A stretch of DNA of 63,511 nucleotides, filler included. It is 8 parts of 8 records of this genome, joined end to end, with 100 filler letters (N's around TTAATTAATTAA, not from the genome) between each part and the next. Parts side by side here need not be neighbours in the genome. Positions count along the whole stretch, not along the records: positions 8,399 to 35,723 come from SRR11831585_195; 7 more parts are not named here. One strand, 5' to 3'. The translations under genes and the position numbers were made by a program. The notes beneath the pieces are model-generated. The model did no database searches and was not told the origin of the DNA. It saw only the letters and a list, made by a program, of their open reading frames with translations. This document shows positions 13,446-29,808 of this stretch, piece by piece; within the stretch, counting starts at the first letter, position 1; each line of letters begins with the position of its first letter.

Positions 13446-14597
13446 TTAATCAGCTTGCTTACGCAGGAATGCTGGGATATCCAGATAATCCGGCTCTTTC
13501 GCAGTTTGCGGCGCATTGTCATTCACGACTTTAGCAACCGGCTTCTGCTCCTGGGTCAGCGGAGCCATCCCATGCTGCTGGTAGCGATCCATCACTGGCT
13601 GCTGAACCTGCTTATTGGTCACCAGAGTGATTTCAGGACGTTTGTCCATGCCGATACCTGTCGCAACAACGGTTACGCGCAGCTCGTCATTCATATCCGG
13701 GTCAAGAGAAGTACCGATAACCACAGTCGCGTTGTCGGAAGCAAATGCACGGATGGTGTTACCTACCGTTTCGAACTCATCCAGACGCAGGTCGAAGCCC
13801 GCCGTGATGTTAACCAGCACGCCGCGCGCGCCAGACAGGTCGATATCTTCCAGCAGCGGAGAAGAGATAGCCATTTCAGCAGCTTCTTCCGCACGGTCTT
13901 CACCGCTCGCCACGCCAGAACCCATCATTGCGTAGCCCATCTCAGACATTACGGTGCGTACGTCTGCAAAGTCCACGTTCATCAAACCCGGACGAGTAAT
14001 CAGTTCAGCGATACCTTGCACAGCGCCTTTCAGTACATCGTTCGCTGCGCCAAACGCATCCAGCAGGGAGATACCGCGGCCCAGAACTTTCAGCAGTTTG
14101 TCGTTCGGGATAGTGATCAGAGAGTCCACATGCTTGGACAGTTCAGTGATCCCCTGCTCCGCGAATGCCATACGCTTCTTGCCTTCAAAGTTGAAAGGCT
14201 TAGTGACGACAGCAACGGTCAGGATACCCAAATCTTTTGCCACTTCAGCGACGACTGGTGCTGCACCTGTACCGGTACCACCACCCATACCCGCAGCAAT
14301 AAAGACCATGTCTGCACCTTCCAGCGCCGCACGCAATGCATCGCGATCCTCATCAGCCGCATTGCGGCCAACTTCTGGATTAGCGCCAGCGCCCAGTCCT
14401 TTGGTGATACCGCTACCGATTTGAATCGTCTGTCCAACCGCTGTTTTACGCAGCGCTTGTGCATCGGTATTTACCGCGAAGAATTCAACACCTTCAATGC
14501 GCTCGCGCACCATGTGTTCAACAGCATTACCGCCGCCGCCGCCGACGCCGATGACTTTAATCACCGCGTCATTGGTAAGTTCCATTGGTTCAAACAT
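13446..14597 (-). CDS. ftsZ: Cell division GTPase FtsZ
   Basis: 383 aa; GGGTGTG tubulin signature; C-terminal [11 protein letters not shown]. Confidence 0.99.
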
Positions 14598-14657
14598 AGT
14601 TTCTCTCCGATTTGTGCCTGTCGCCTGAGGCCGTAATCATCGTCGGCCTCATAAAAA

Positions 14658-15920
14658 TTAAAACTCTTTTCGCAGCCAACTATTGAGTCGCTTGATCCAC
14701 GAGCCAACTGATGCTGTAACACGTTTTTCTACTTCAGCTTCACCGTTAAGATGTGACTCTTTCCCATAGTGAAGCAATCCCACCGCCGTCGAATAATACG
14801 GCTCCTGAGCATAATCCGTTAAACCGGTAATGTTCAGCGGCGCGCCGATACGCACTTGCGTATGAAACACGCGCTGAGCACAGGCTGCAAGACCTTCGAT
14901 CTGCGCTGCGCCACCGGTTAATACAATGCCTGCCGCCAGGTGATGTTTAACCCCTTGTTGGCGAAGCTTTTCCTGCAACTGCAATATCTCTTCGTTGACC
15001 AGGTTGAGCAGCTCGGTATAGCGCGGCTCGATCACCTCTGCCAGTGTCTGACGTTGCAGACTCCGTGGCGGACGACCACCTACGCTCGGCACTTCCACGC
15101 TCTCATCTTTTCCAACGATGGAACCCAGCGCACAACCGTGGCGAACTTTAATCGCTTCGGCGTCGCTTGGCGGCGTGCCAAAGGCGTAAGCGATATCACT
15201 GGTCACGACATTGCCAGCATAAGGAATTACCTTAGTGTGGCGCAATGCCCCACCGGTATAAACGGCGATATCCATTGTACCACCACCGATATCGACGACG
15301 CAGACACCCAGTTCACGTTCATCTTCCGTCAATACCGAATAACTTGATGCCAGTCCGGCAAATATCAGTTGGTCAACTTTCAGCCCACAACGTTCAACCG
15401 CTTTGACGATGTTTTTCGCCATATCGTTGTGACATGTGATCAGGTGCACTTTTGCCTGCATCCGCACGCCCGAAAGTCCTACCGGATTCTTGATCCCTTC
15501 CTGATAGTCAATCGCATACTCTTGCGGGATCACATGCAGCACACGATGCTCATCGCGCACACGCACCGATTTCGCGGTATGGACGACGTTTTCCACATCT
15601 TCTTGCGTCACTTCTTCTTCAGAAATAGGCACCATACCAATTTCATTCTGGCAGCTGATGTGCTTACCAGAAAGCGCCAGATATACCGAAGAGATCTGAC
15701 AATCTGCCATCAATTCTGCCTGGTCAATGGCGCGTTGTACGCACTTGACCACGGATTCGAGGTCGTTCACCCCGCCTTTATCCATACCACGCGACGGGCA
15801 GCTGCCCACGCCAATGATATTGACCATACCGTCGGGCAGAACTTCCCCTACTAAAGCGGCAACCTTCGCGGTACCAATCTCCAGTCCTACTACCAGTTTT
15901 CTGTCCGTCGCCTTGATCAT
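14658..15920 (-). CDS. ftsA: Cell division protein FtsA
   Basis: 420 aa actin-like (EIGTAKV, DIGGGT, LTGGAA). Confidence 0.99.
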   Translation of the reverse strand: MIKATDRKLVVGLEIGTAKVAALVGEVLPDGMVNIIGVGSCPSRGMDKGGVNDLESVVKCVQRAIDQAELMADCQISSVYLALSGKHISCQNEIGMVPISEEEVTQEDVENVVHTAKSVRVRDEHRVLHVIPQEYAIDYQEGIKNPVGLSGVRMQAKVHLITCHNDMAKNIVKAVERCGLKVDQLIFAGLASSYSVLTEDERELGVCVVDIGGGTMDIAVYTGGALRHTKVIPYAGNVVTSDIAYAFGTPPSDAEAIKVRHGCALGSIVGKDESVEVPSVGGRPPRSLQRQTLAEVIEPRYTELLNLVNEEILQLQEKLRQQGVKHHLAAGIVLTGGAAQIEGLAACAQRVFHTQVRIGAPLNITGLTDYAQEPYYSTAVGLLHYGKESHLNGEAEVEKRVTASVGSWIKRLNSWLRKEF

Positions 15921-16747
15921 TGTTGTTCTGCCTGTGCCTGATTTTGTTGCTGAGTAGATTCCTCTGGCGGCAAGGGCGCCCAGCCTACTGCCGCTCCAGA
16001 GTCATAACGCAAATCAACGTAGCTAATCCGTTTGCCATCGGTTTGCGCCTGCTGCTGTAAAACCGGATAAAGTTCTACAAAGCGAGCCAAACGTTTCATC
16101 GTATCGCCCCGGCCAAGATTGAGCTTAATATCGTTATTCAGCGTCAACTGCCAGGAACGCCGCGCGGTCATCGCCGCTTCCTTCAGAGTAAATCTGTCCT
16201 TTGCCAGCATCTGCCCCATTTCGCGATAGCCCTGCAACACTTCATTGGCGCTGCCTTCCGGGCCATACAGCATTGGAAGCACCTGCTTGCTGGTGCGTTC
16301 TGGCGGCACGCTGAAGGTATTTCCTTCCGCGTCTACCATATGTTGATCATTCCACCGCGCAATCGGCACATATTCAACCAGATGAATCTTCAATTCATCA
16401 GGCCACTGCTTTCTGACGCTCACCTGCTTAATCCACGGCAGGCGTTGTTCTATTTGCGTCTGGATGATGTTGACATCCTGGGTCATAAAGGTACCCGGCT
16501 CACCCAATGCCAGGATCGACTGCCGGATATCGTCATTACGTGTGTAATGGCGTTCACCGGTCAACACCAGCTTTGAGAGCGGCAGGCGTTGCGCATCTTC
16601 CATCCAGCCCAACACGACCCAGCCGCTCACCAACACTGTCGTTAAAACGGTCAGCAGGAAAAGGATCCCCGCCAGACGCGTTCCATTATTGCGGCGAGAA
16701 GAAACCTCTTCTTCGCTGTTTCGCGTGTTCAGAGCAGCCTGCGACAT
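15917..16747 (-). CDS. ftsQ: Cell division protein FtsQ
   Basis: 276 aa; single TM, POTRA domain, YVDLRY. Confidence 0.98.
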   Translation of the reverse strand: MSQAALNTRNSEEEVSSRRNNGTRLAGILFLLTVLTTVLVSGWVVLGWMEDAQRLPLSKLVLTGERHYTRNDDIRQSILALGEPGTFMTQDVNIIQTQIEQRLPWIKQVSVRKQWPDELKIHLVEYVPIARWNDQHMVDAEGNTFSVPPERTSKQVLPMLYGPEGSANEVLQGYREMGQMLAKDRFTLKEAAMTARRSWQLTLNNDIKLNLGRGDTMKRLARFVELYPVLQQQAQTDGKRISYVDLRYDSGAAVGWAPLPPEESTQQQNQAQAEQQ

Positions 16748-16748
16748 A

Positions 16749-19137
<2,389 letters not shown>

Positions 19138-19190
19138 TCTTTACGCCATTAACTTCTTAAATTCATACGATGCAAAAGGCATCGCTACAA

Positions 19191-20258
19191 TTACGCCCGG
19201 GCAACCCGGCTCACTTCATTTGCCACTCGCTCGGTGGCATCCGGAATGGATGCAGCGCGGGCGCGTTCTGCCATGGTTAATAAGGTTTCTCGCGACCACC
19301 CGGCCAGGGTGTTGGCGACAGCATCCACGCTAAGCTGTGGCTGCTCGATAATTTTGGCTGCGCCCGCTTTTTCCAGCGGTAGCGCATTCCAGTATTGCTG
19401 GCGGTCTTTATGTTGAAACGGCACAAACAACGCCGGTAGTCCTGCCGCGGCGATTTCACTCACCGTTAACGCACCGGAGCGGCAAACGACGACATCCGCC
19501 CACGCATACGCCGCCGCCATATCATCAATAAATTCCGTCACTTTATGCTGCGGTTGCCCCGCTTCGGCATACGCCTGTTCAACGGATTGTTGCGAACCTT
19601 TGCCGCTCTGATGCCAGATAGTGACTGAATCACCCAGTTTCGCAGCAACCTGCGGCATTGTCTGGTTAAGAATGCGTGCGCCCTGAGAACCACCCACTAC
19701 CAGCACACGAACCGGACCTTCACGTCCAGCCAAACGTTGCTGCGGCAACGGCAGCGCCAACACATCGGTACGCACCGGGTTACCCACTACTTCCGCATTA
19801 GGGAAAGCACCTGGAAACGCCTGCATCACTTTGGTGGCAATCTTCGCCAGCCATTTATTGGTTAAGCCCGCAATACCGTTTTGTTCATGAAGTACAACCG
19901 GAATGCCTAACGACCACGCGGCCAGACCACCTGGACCTGACACGTAGCCTCCCATACCGAGCACCACGTCAGGTTTGTACGCTTTCATAATCGCCCGCGC
20001 CTGACGCCAGGCGTTGAAGATACGCAGCGGGGCAGCTATCAGTGCTTTTATACCTTTTCCACGCAGACCAGAGATACGAATGAAATCAATTTCGATGCCA
20101 TGTTTTGGCACTAAGTCCGCTTCCATACGGTCGGCAGTCCCCAGCCAGCGAACTTGCCAACCCTGAGCCATTAGATGGTGCGCAACCGCCAGTCCCGGGA
20201 ATACATGTCCACCGGTTCCGCCTGCCATCACCATTAATCGCTTTCCTTGACCACTCAT
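19191..20258 (-). CDS. murG: Lipid II GlcNAc transferase
   Basis: 355 aa; GGTGGH, HEQN, GGSQGA. Confidence 0.98.
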
Positions 20259-21499
20259 CGTGAACCTCGTACAAACGCCTGCGCTTTCTCCAGACGCGTT
20301 TCATAATCAATACGCAACAGCATCATGATGGCTGTCGACATAATCAGTAAGCTCGAACCACCGTAACTGATCAGCGGCAATGTCAGACCTTTGGTCGGTA
20401 ACATCCCCGCCGCCGCGCCTACGTTAACCAGCGCCTGGAAGCTAAACCAGATGCCAATAGAACAGGCGAGAAAACCGGAAAAACGGTGGTCAATTTCTAA
20501 TGCTTTACGGCCAATCGACATCGCGCGAAAAGCGACGAAGAATACCATTAAAAGTGCCAGCACCACACCGACATACCCCAGTTCTTCGCCGATAATGGCG
20601 AAAATAAAGTCAGTGTGCGCTTCCGGCAGATACTCCAGTTTTTGTACCGAGTTACCTAAACCTTGCCCCCAAAGTTCGCCGCGACCAAACGCCATCAGCG
20701 ATTGCGTTAACTGATAGCCGCTGCCAAAGGGATCTTCCCACGGGTTCCAGAATGCGGTAACACGGCGGATACGGTACGGTTCGGCGAGTATCAGCAACAC
20801 AACCGCTGAAATGCCCATACCGATAATGGCAATGAACTGCCACAATTTCGCTCCCGCCAGGAACAACATCGCCAGCGTAGTCACAAACAACACCACCACC
20901 GTACCAAGGTCTGGCTGTGCCAGCAGTAACACTGCCAACACCAGAATCACGCCCATCGGTTTCAGGAAGCCGCGCAGGTTATTACGTACTTCGTCGCCTT
21001 TACGCACCAGATAGTTGGCGATATAGCAAAACAGCGACAGTTTTGTCAGCTCCGCAGGCTGGATACGCAGCAAACCGAGATCGATCCAACGCGATGCCCC
21101 TTTAACCGAGCTACCCACTACCAGGACGATCATCAGCAGGATGATAGATCCGAGCAGCATCGTGGCACTGTAGCGTTGCCAGAACTCCATCGGCAGACGC
21201 AGCGTAATGATCGCCAGAATAAACGCCAAAATCAGATAGACACCATCACGCTTCGCGAAGAAGAACGGATCGTTGGTTAAGCGTTGCCCTATGGGCATTG
21301 ACGCCGAGGTCACCATGATAAAGCCAATCGCCGCGAGGCCGAAGGTCAGCCACAGTAAGGTGCGATCGTACATGATCAGGCTGTCGGTATCTTTTTCCCG
21401 CGAGCCCATCACCCAGCCCTTTAGCGCCGTGGAGATCCAGACCAGGATACTGAATCCTGGCAGGCGCGGCATTTTCAGGCGAGGGAGAGATAAACGCAT
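20255..21499 (-). CDS. ftsW: SEDS peptidoglycan polymerase FtsW
   Basis: [23 protein letters not shown]. Confidence 0.98.
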
Positions 21500-22815
21500 C
21501 AACCTAACTCCTTCGCCAGACGGGCAAACTCATTGCCTCGTTGTTCAAAGTTCTTGAACTGATCAAGGCTGGCACAGGCTGGGGAGAGCAGAACCATATC
21601 GCCCGGCTGAACACGCGGAGCCAGCAAGCGCATCGCCTGTTCCATAGTTTCGGTTTGTTCTGCCACTTCCGGGCGTAGCGCCGCCAGCTGCGCGCCGTCA
21701 CGACCGAAACAATACAGACGTACGTTATCGCCATTCAGGTAACGCGCCAGTGGGCTAAAGTCCGCCGATTTACCATCGCCACCCAGCAACAAATGCAGTG
21801 TGCCGTCTACGTGCAGGCCATTCAGCGCCGCTTCCGTACTGCCGACGTTGGTCGCTTTCGAATCGTTAATCCAACGTACGCCGTTATGCTCCAGCACAAC
21901 TTCAAAGCGATGCGGCAGACCAGTGAATGTGGTTAACGCTTTCAGGCTGCTGGCACGCGGTAACCCTGCAGCATCTGCCAGCGCCAGCGCCGCCAGCGCA
22001 TTGGTGTAGTTATGCTGCCCGGAAAGTTTCATCTCTTTCACATTCAGCACTTTCTCGCCTTTAACCCGCAGCCAGGTTTCGCCCTGCTGATGATTCAGGT
22101 GATAGTCACCCATGTTGACGCCAAAGCTGACGCAGCGTTCATCCGCACCGCGAATCGGCATTGTTAAGGCATCATCAGCATTAACCACGCAAACTTTCGC
22201 GTTTTCGTAAATGCGCAGTTTTGCTGCACGATACTGTTGTAAACCAAACGGATAGCGATCCATATGATCTTCAGTCACGTTCAGAATGGTCGCTGCTACC
22301 GCCTGTAAGCTGGAGGTGGTTTCCAGCTGGAAGCTCGACAGTTCCAGCACGTACAGTTCACACTCATCATCCAGTAGCATCAACGCAGGCAGGCCAATAT
22401 TGCCACCCACACCAACGTTAACCCCCGCCGCTTTCGCCATTTCACCCACTAGCGTGGTGACCGTGCTTTTGCCGTTAGAACCGGTAATCGCCACAATCGG
22501 TGCTTGTGCTTCGCGACAGAACAGCTCGATATCGCCAACGATTTCGATTCCGGCATCAGCGGCAGCGCTTAAGGATGGATGCGCCAGTGCAATACCGGGA
22601 CTGGCGACAATCAGATCTGCCGCCATCAGCCATTCATCATTCAGACTGCCCGTGTGGCGTTCTACGGCTTCGGGTAATTTATCCAGGCCAGGCGGTGTCA
22701 TACGCGTATCCATAACGCGCGGCGTCACACCGCGAGCGAGGAAAAAGTCCACGCAGGAAAGCCCGGTGAGGCCCAGGCCGATAATGACGACATTTTTACC
22801 CTGATAATCAGCCAT
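21499..22815 (-). CDS. murD: UDP-MurNAc-L-Ala--D-Glu ligase
   Basis: 438 aa; GSNGKST, ELSSFQL, DSKATN. Confidence 0.98.
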
Positions 22816-22817
22816 GA

Positions 22818-23900
22818 TTAACGTACCTTCAGCGTTGCCAGACCAATCAGAACCAGCATCAGCGAAATAATCCAGAAACGCACAATGACGCGCGGTTCCG
22901 GCCAGCCTTTCAGTTCATAGTGGTGATGAATCGGTGCCATGCGGAAAATACGTTGTCCGCGCAGTTTAAAGGAGCCGACCTGCAGGATGACAGAAAGCGT
23001 TTCTACCACGAACACGCCCCCCATAATCACCAGCAGGAATTCCTGACGTAGCAGTACGGCGATAATGCCTAACGCACCACCTAACGCCAGCGAACCTACA
23101 TCGCCCATAAAGACCTGCGCCGGATAGGTGTTAAACCACAGGAAGCCCAGTCCTGCCCCGACTATCGCGGTACAGACAATAACCAGTTCCCCGGCGTGTC
23201 GCAGATACGGTATATGCAAGTAGCTGGCAAAGTTCATATTGCCGGTCGCCCACGCCACCAGCGCAAAACCACCGGCGACAAATACGGTCGGCATAATTGC
23301 CAGGCCGTCGAGACCATCGGTCAGGTTTACCGCGTTGCCAGTACCCACAATGACGAAGTAAGCCAGCAGAATGTAGAACAGCCCCAGCTGCGGCATCACA
23401 TCTTTAAAGAATGGGACCACCAGCTGCGTTGCGGGCGTGTCTTTGCCGGCAAGGTACAGGGCGAAGGCGACACCCAGCGCAATGACCGACATCCAGAAAT
23501 ACTTCCAACGAGCGATCAACCCTTTGGTGTCTTTACGCACCACTTTGCGATAATCATCAACAAAGCCAATAACACCGTAACCTACCAGCACCACCAACAC
23601 GCACCAGACGTACGGATTGGACGGGTAAGCCCACAGCAGTACGGAGATCACAATCGCCGTCAGGATCATAATCCCGCCCATGGTCGGCGTACCGCGCTTG
23701 CTGAAGTGTGATTCAGGACCGTCGTTACGCACCACCTGACCAAAGGAAAGTTTTTGCAAATGAGCAATCATACGCGGGCCCATCCACAATGAGATGAACA
23801 GCGCGGTCAGCAGGCTGACGATGGCGCGAAACGTCAGATAGGAAAAGACGTTAAAGCCGGAATAATATTTGACCAAATGTTCGGCCAGCCAAACTAACAT
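22818..23900 (-). CDS. mraY: Phospho-MurNAc-pentapeptide transferase
   Basis: 360 aa; [27 protein letters not shown]. Confidence 0.98.
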
Positions 23901-25252
23901 GTCCCATTCTCCTGTAAAGCGCGTACTACCTCTTCCATGGCGGCACTACGTGAACCCTTAACTAAAATCGTAATTACCTGTTGCTCAGCAATCAGTAATT
24001 TAAGACGCGTAATTAACGCAGTTTTATCAGCAAAATGTTCGCCAACGCCGCTGGCGGTGCTGATAGCATGGCTTTGTTTACCCACGCTTAACACGCGGTC
24101 AATACCAGCAGCTTTTGCCGCCTCGCCCACCTGTACATGGCAGGCTTCGCTTTCAGCGCCCAGTTCCGCCATATCGCCCACCACCAGCACGCGGTAGCCC
24201 GGCATTTCAGCCAGTACCTGGACTGCTGCAGTCATTGAACCGACATTGGCGTTGTAGGAGTCGTCGAGCAGCAACTGGTTTTCTGCCAGTTGGATGGGGA
24301 ACAGACGGCCTGGAACAGCTTTCAGATTTGCCAGCCCCGCTTTGATAGCATCAAGCGTTGCGCCCACGGACATGGAGAGCGCAGCGGCTGCCAGCGCATT
24401 CGCAATATTGTGACGCCCCGGCAACGGCAGCAGAACATCGACGCTACCGGTTGGGGTTTGTAGGGTAAATTCCGTACCGTGCGAGGTCACATGGATATTG
24501 GTGGCGGTGAAATCGCTGTTGGCGGCATTGGGTGAGAAACGCCACACTTTGCGTGAGCCAATTACGCTCTGCCAGTTCAGCCAGTCGTTGTTGTCGGCGT
24601 TCATAATGGCGATACCGTTTTCCGGCAGGCCGCTAAAGATTTCACCTTTCGCTTTCGCGACACCCGCAAGCGAGCCAAAACCTTCCAGATGCGCCGCTGC
24701 CAGGTTGTTGACCAGCGCAGCTTCCGGGCGAGTCAGACTCACAGTCCAGGCTATTTCGCCCTGATGGTTCGCGCCAAGTTCAATAACTGCGTAATCGTAT
24801 TCCGGCGTTAAGCGCAACAGCGTCATCGGTACACCGATGTCGTTGTTGAGATTGCCTGCCGTATAAAGCGTGTTGCCGCACTGGCTTAAAATCGCCGCCG
24901 TCATCTCTTTAACGGAGGTTTTGCCGGAGGACCCCGTCAGAGCAACCACGCGCGCCGGAACTTGCTGGCGAACCCATGCAGCCAGTTCACCAAACGCCAG
25001 ACGCGTATCCTTGACGATTAACTGCGGCAGGTCGATGTCCAGCGGACGGCTAACCAGTAGTGCGCCTGCGCCGCCAGCTTTCGCCTGGTCGGCAAAATCG
25101 TGGGCATCAAAACGTTCGCCTTTCAGGGCAACAAACAGGCAGCCCGGCGTCAGTTTTCGGGTATCAGTGGTTACAGCATCAAGGGTGATATCTGCACCTT
25201 GCAGTTCACCGTTGAGAATGTCGGTAAGTTGGCTAAGGGTTACGCTAATCAT
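23894..25252 (-). CDS. murF: UDP-MurNAc-tripeptide--D-Ala-D-Ala ligase
   Basis: 452 aa; [21 protein letters not shown]. Confidence 0.98.
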
Positions 25253-26736
25253 GCAATCACCCCCAGCAGACGCGCCACCGTGACGCGATCGGAGTAGTCC
25301 AGACGCTGATTGCCAACAATCTGGTAATCTTCATGGCCTTTGCCCGCGACCAGTACCACATCATTCTCTTTAGCCTGCATAACGGCGCAAGTCACCGCTT
25401 CAGCACGGCCTTCCATCACTTTGGCATGTCCGGCATCTAACATTCCCGCCAGAATATCGTTGATGATGGCACGCGGTTCTTCGGTACGCGGGTTATCGTC
25501 CGTCACCACCGCCACGTCAGCAAACTCTTCGGCAATTGCGCCCATCAGTGGACGCTTACCTTTATCGCGATCGCCACCACAGCCAAAGACACACCACAGC
25601 TTGCCCGCACAGTGCAGACGCGCCGCCTGTAAGGCTTTTTCCAGTGCATCCGGCGTATGCGCGTAATCCACCACCACCGTCGGTTTGCCTGGCGCAGTGA
25701 ACACTTCCATACGTCCGCAAACCGGTTGCAGACGCGCGGCGGTTTTCAGCAGATCAGCCAGTGGATAGCCGAGTGCCAACAGTGTCGCCAGCGCGAGCAG
25801 CAGGTTGCTGACGTTAAAAGCGCCCATCAGATGGCTTTCAATTTCGCCATCGCCCCAACTTGAGCTAAAGCGAATCGTCGCACCGCTGTCGTGATAGTTC
25901 ACTTCGGTCGCTTTCAACCAGCGTCCGTGACAGTTCGGATTAATATGATCTTCCATTGATACCGCAACCGCGTCCGGCAGTTTTGCCAGCCAGCGGCGGC
26001 CCACTTCATCGTCGGCGTTAATAATCGCCTGACCGCAATGATGCTCAGAATAAAGCAGCCATTTCGCGGCTTCGTAGTGTTCCATATCACCATGATAATC
26101 AAGGTGATCGCGGCTTAAGTTGGTAAAGACCGACGCCGCAAATTTCAATGCCGCCACACGGTGCTGTACCAGCCCGTGGGAGGAAACTTCCATTGCGCAA
26201 AACGTCGCGCCCTGATCCACCAGCCCCGCCAGCTCATGCTGAACATCGACTGCCGAACCGGTTGTATTTTCTGTCGGGATCACTTTCCCCAGCAGGCCGT
26301 TACCAACGGTGCCCATTACCGCGCTGATTTCGCCAAGCAGTTGGCTCCACTGCGCCAACAGCTGGGTAGTCGTGGTTTTGCCGTTGGTGCCCGTTACGCC
26401 CACGAGACGTAAATTGTCAGAGGGTTCATGGTAAAAGCGGCCCGCCAGTGCAGATAAACGCTCGTTGAGCTGGCTGAGATAGATGACCGGTACGCCGTGC
26501 ATTTCACGGATTTCACCATCGGTCGCCTCATCTTTCGCCTCTGCAATAATGGCAGCCACACCTTGCGCTATCGCCTGCGGGATATATCGACGCCCGTCCG
26601 CCTGATGACCTACTACAGCTACAAAGAGATCGCCCGCCGCAGCCACACGGCTGTCGAGTGTCATCTCTCGCAGTGCTCGCGAAGGTGCGTCTGGCACCCA
26701 CGGAGCAAGAAGGTCGCGCAAATTACGATCTGCCAC
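25249..26736 (-). CDS. murE: UDP-MurNAc-dipeptide--meso-DAP ligase
   Basis: 495 aa; GTNGKTT, DYAHTPD, DNPR (DAP specificity motif). Confidence 0.98.
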
Positions 26737-28488
26737 CTGTCCCCTCGCCTTGATTAATCACAAATTCATTTTTATCGCCCGTTGTCAGCGCATCCGGCTC
26801 GATGTTCATGGTACGCAATACGCCGCCCATGATGGCACCAAAGACCGGCGCGGAAACGGCGCCGCCGTAGTATTTACCCGCCTGCGGATCGTTGATAACA
26901 ACAACCAGCGCGAAGCGCGGCTGACTCGCAGGCGCAACGCCTGCGGTATAAGCAATATATTTATTGATGTAGCGACCGTCCGGCCCGACCTTTTTCGCGG
27001 TACCGGTTTTAATGGCGATACGATAGCCTTTAATCGCCGCCTTCACGCCGCCGCCGCCTGGTAGCGCCACGCTTTCCATCATATGCACCACAGTGCGGAC
27101 AATGGATTCCGGGAAGACACGTTCACCGGAACCGGGGGGTCAACTTTGGTAATCGACAGTGGGCGATAAATGCCGTAGCTGCCGATAGTTGCGTAGACTC
27201 GCGCTAACTGTAATGGTGTTACCATTAGCCCGTAGCCGAAAGAGAAGGTGGCCCTCTCTATGTCAGACCACCGTTGTTTTTGAGGATATAAGCCACTGCG
27301 TTCTCCGACCAACCCCAAATTGGTCGCTTTTCCCAGTCCAAAACGTGAGTAAGTATCTACTAACGCTGAGGACGGCATCGCTAACGCCAGCTTGGAAACA
27401 CCGACGTTACTCGACTTCTGTAATACCCCGGTCAGGGTTAATTCGCTGTAGCGTGCCACGTCTTTGATTTCGTGGCCGTTAATTCGATAAGGAATGGTAT
27501 TGAGTACCGAGTTTTCCCGCACCACGCCACGTTGCAACGCGGTCATTACCACCATCGGTTTAACCGTTGAGCCCGGTTCAAACACGTCGGTGATGGTACG
27601 GTTACGCATCGCCTCTTTCGGCGTGCCGCTCAGATTGTTAGGGTTGTATGACGGGCTGTTAGCCATCGCCAGCACTTCACCGGTGTTGACATCCACCAGC
27701 ACGGCGCTACCAGATTCAGCCTTGTTAAAGGCCACCGCGTTGTTCAGTTCGCGATAAACCAGCGCCTGCAGGCGTTCATCAATACTCAGCGCCAGGTTGT
27801 GCGCTGCCTGGCTGTCAGTAGAAGAAATATCTTCAATTACGCGACCATAGCGGTCTTTACGCACAATGCGCTCACCCGGCTGCCCGGTAAGCCATTTATC
27901 GAAACTCTTCTCAACGCCCTCAATCCCTTGACTATCGACGTTAGTAAAGCCGATGAGGTGAGCAGTCACTTCGCCGGACGGATAGTAACGGCGAGACTCT
28001 TCACGCAGATGAATCCCCGGCAGTTTCAGTTTTTTGATGTAGTCCGCCATGTCAGGGTTCACCTGACGCGCCAGATAAATAAAGCGCCCTTTCGGGTTGG
28101 CGTTAATGCGGGCTGAAAGCTGATCCAGCGGAATATTGAGCGCGTTAGCCAGCGCCTTCCAGCGGTCACCGACGCTGATACCGCCAGCGTCATGCACTTC
28201 TTTCGGGTCAGCCCAAATCGCTTTTACCGGCACGCTCACCGCTAACGGGCGACCAGAACGGTCAGTAATCATGCCGCGGGAGGTGGAAACTTGCTGAACG
28301 CGAAGAGAACGCATGTCGCCCTCTTTCACCAGCATATCCGGGGAGATAACTTGTAACCACGCTACGCGTCCGAGCAGAAAAGCCAGCGCCAGGAGAATAC
28401 AGCCGCATAACAACGCAAAACGCCAACTGATAAAGTTGGCATGTTCTTCCTGACGTTTTGGTTTCTGCGTTTTCGCCGCTGCTTTCAT
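26723..28488 (-). CDS. ftsI: Penicillin-binding protein 3, with an apparent 1-bp deletion near 27128-27129 splitting it into two ORFs (probable sequencing error)
   Basis: STVK and SSN motifs lie in ORF 27079-28488 and KTG in ORF 26723-27091; the span is 1766 nt, one short of a multiple of 3; adding one C to GTTCCGGTGAAC restores [10 protein letters not shown]. Confidence 0.95.
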
Positions 28489-28503
28489 GCGTCGCGTTTA
28501 TCC

Positions 28504-28869
28504 TTATTTTTGCACTACGATATTTTCTTGTGACGGATCAACATGCTGCATTTGCAGCTTTTCCGTGGCGATCCTTTCCACCCGGCTATGGTCGCCGAGC
28601 GCATTCTCTTCAAGGATCAGGTTGCGCCATTCAATGTCTAAAGCATCTCGCTCCAGCACCAGTTGTTCGCGCTGAGCGGTCAGTAAACGGGTATGGTGCG
28701 CCGTGGTTACCACAGTCACCGCCGTCAAAATAATGCAAATGAACAGGCAGAGTGGCAGCTTCCCAAATCGCAAAAGATCGTCACCGATAACACCAGGCAA
28801 TGCATGGCGCTCGTGGCTTCCCATCGATCCTTTAACTTTGCTTAGAGCTTCTGTCACTCTGCTGATCAT
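28504..28869 (-). CDS. ftsL: Cell division protein FtsL
   Basis: 121 aa; TM plus leucine zipper; between rsmH and ftsI. Confidence 0.97.
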
Positions 28870-29807
28870 GCATTCGTCCTCTCTGCAATACGCAGAACTG
28901 AACTACGGGCACGAGGGTTCTCAGCCACCTCTTCTTCGCCCGGCATTAACTTGCCTAGTGCTCGCAGCTGACGGCCACCCAGTTTTTTGAGCTGCTCTTC
29001 AGTCATCGGTAACCCTGCCGGAACTTGCGGACCGCGGCTGTTTTCACGCATAAAACGTTTCACAATACGGTCTTCCAGCGAGTGGAAGCTGATGATCGAA
29101 AGCCGCCCACCCGGGGCCAGCACGTTGAGCGAGCTTTTTAGCGCCTGCTCTATCTCCTCCAGTTCACTGTTTACCCAAATGCGCACCGCCTGGAAGGTAC
29201 GGGTCGCGGGATGTTTAAACTTATCTTTCACCGGCGTTGCAGCAGCCACGACTTCCGCCAGTTCTTTGGTGCGGGTCATCGGCTGTTCGCGGTTACGCTC
29301 GACAATGGCGCGGGCAATGCGTTTGGCAAAACGCTCTTCACCATAGGTTTTCAATACCCAGGCGATATCGGCTTCTTCTGCGGTTTGTAGCCATTCAGCG
29401 GCTGACTGCCCACGGGTTGGGTCCATACGCATGTCCAGCGGACCATCGCGCATAAAGGAAAAGCCACGTTCAGCATCATCAAGTTGCGGTGAAGAGACGC
29501 CAAGATCGAGGAGAATGCCGTCGATCTTGCCGATAAGATCGCGCTCGGCAACGTATTCGCCCAGCGCGGAGAAAGGTCCGTGGATGATGGAGAAGCGCGG
29601 ATCATCAATAGTCTTCGCAACGGCGATAGCCTGCGGGTCGCGATCGATCGCCAGCAAACGCCCCTCTTCGCCAAGCTGCGAGAGGATCAGACGTGAGTGA
29701 CCACCGCGACCAAAAGTCCCATCAATGTAGATGCCATCAGGACGGATATTGAGGCCATTAACGGCTTCATCCAGCAGCACCGTAGTATGTTTATAGTTTT
29801 CCATCAT
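28866..29807 (-). CDS. rsmH: 16S rRNA m4C1402 methyltransferase
   Basis: [34 protein letters not shown]. Confidence 0.98.
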
Positions 29808-29808
29808 T

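Noticed and set aside
13455-14636. 393-aa ORF antisense to ftsZ (and similar ones opposite secA and prpE)
   Set aside because: Antisense shadows with no independent coding evidence.
26723-27091. 122-aa ORF treated as a separate gene between ftsI and murE
   Set aside because: It is the C-terminus of FtsI (KTGTAKK), displaced by a 1-bp deletion.
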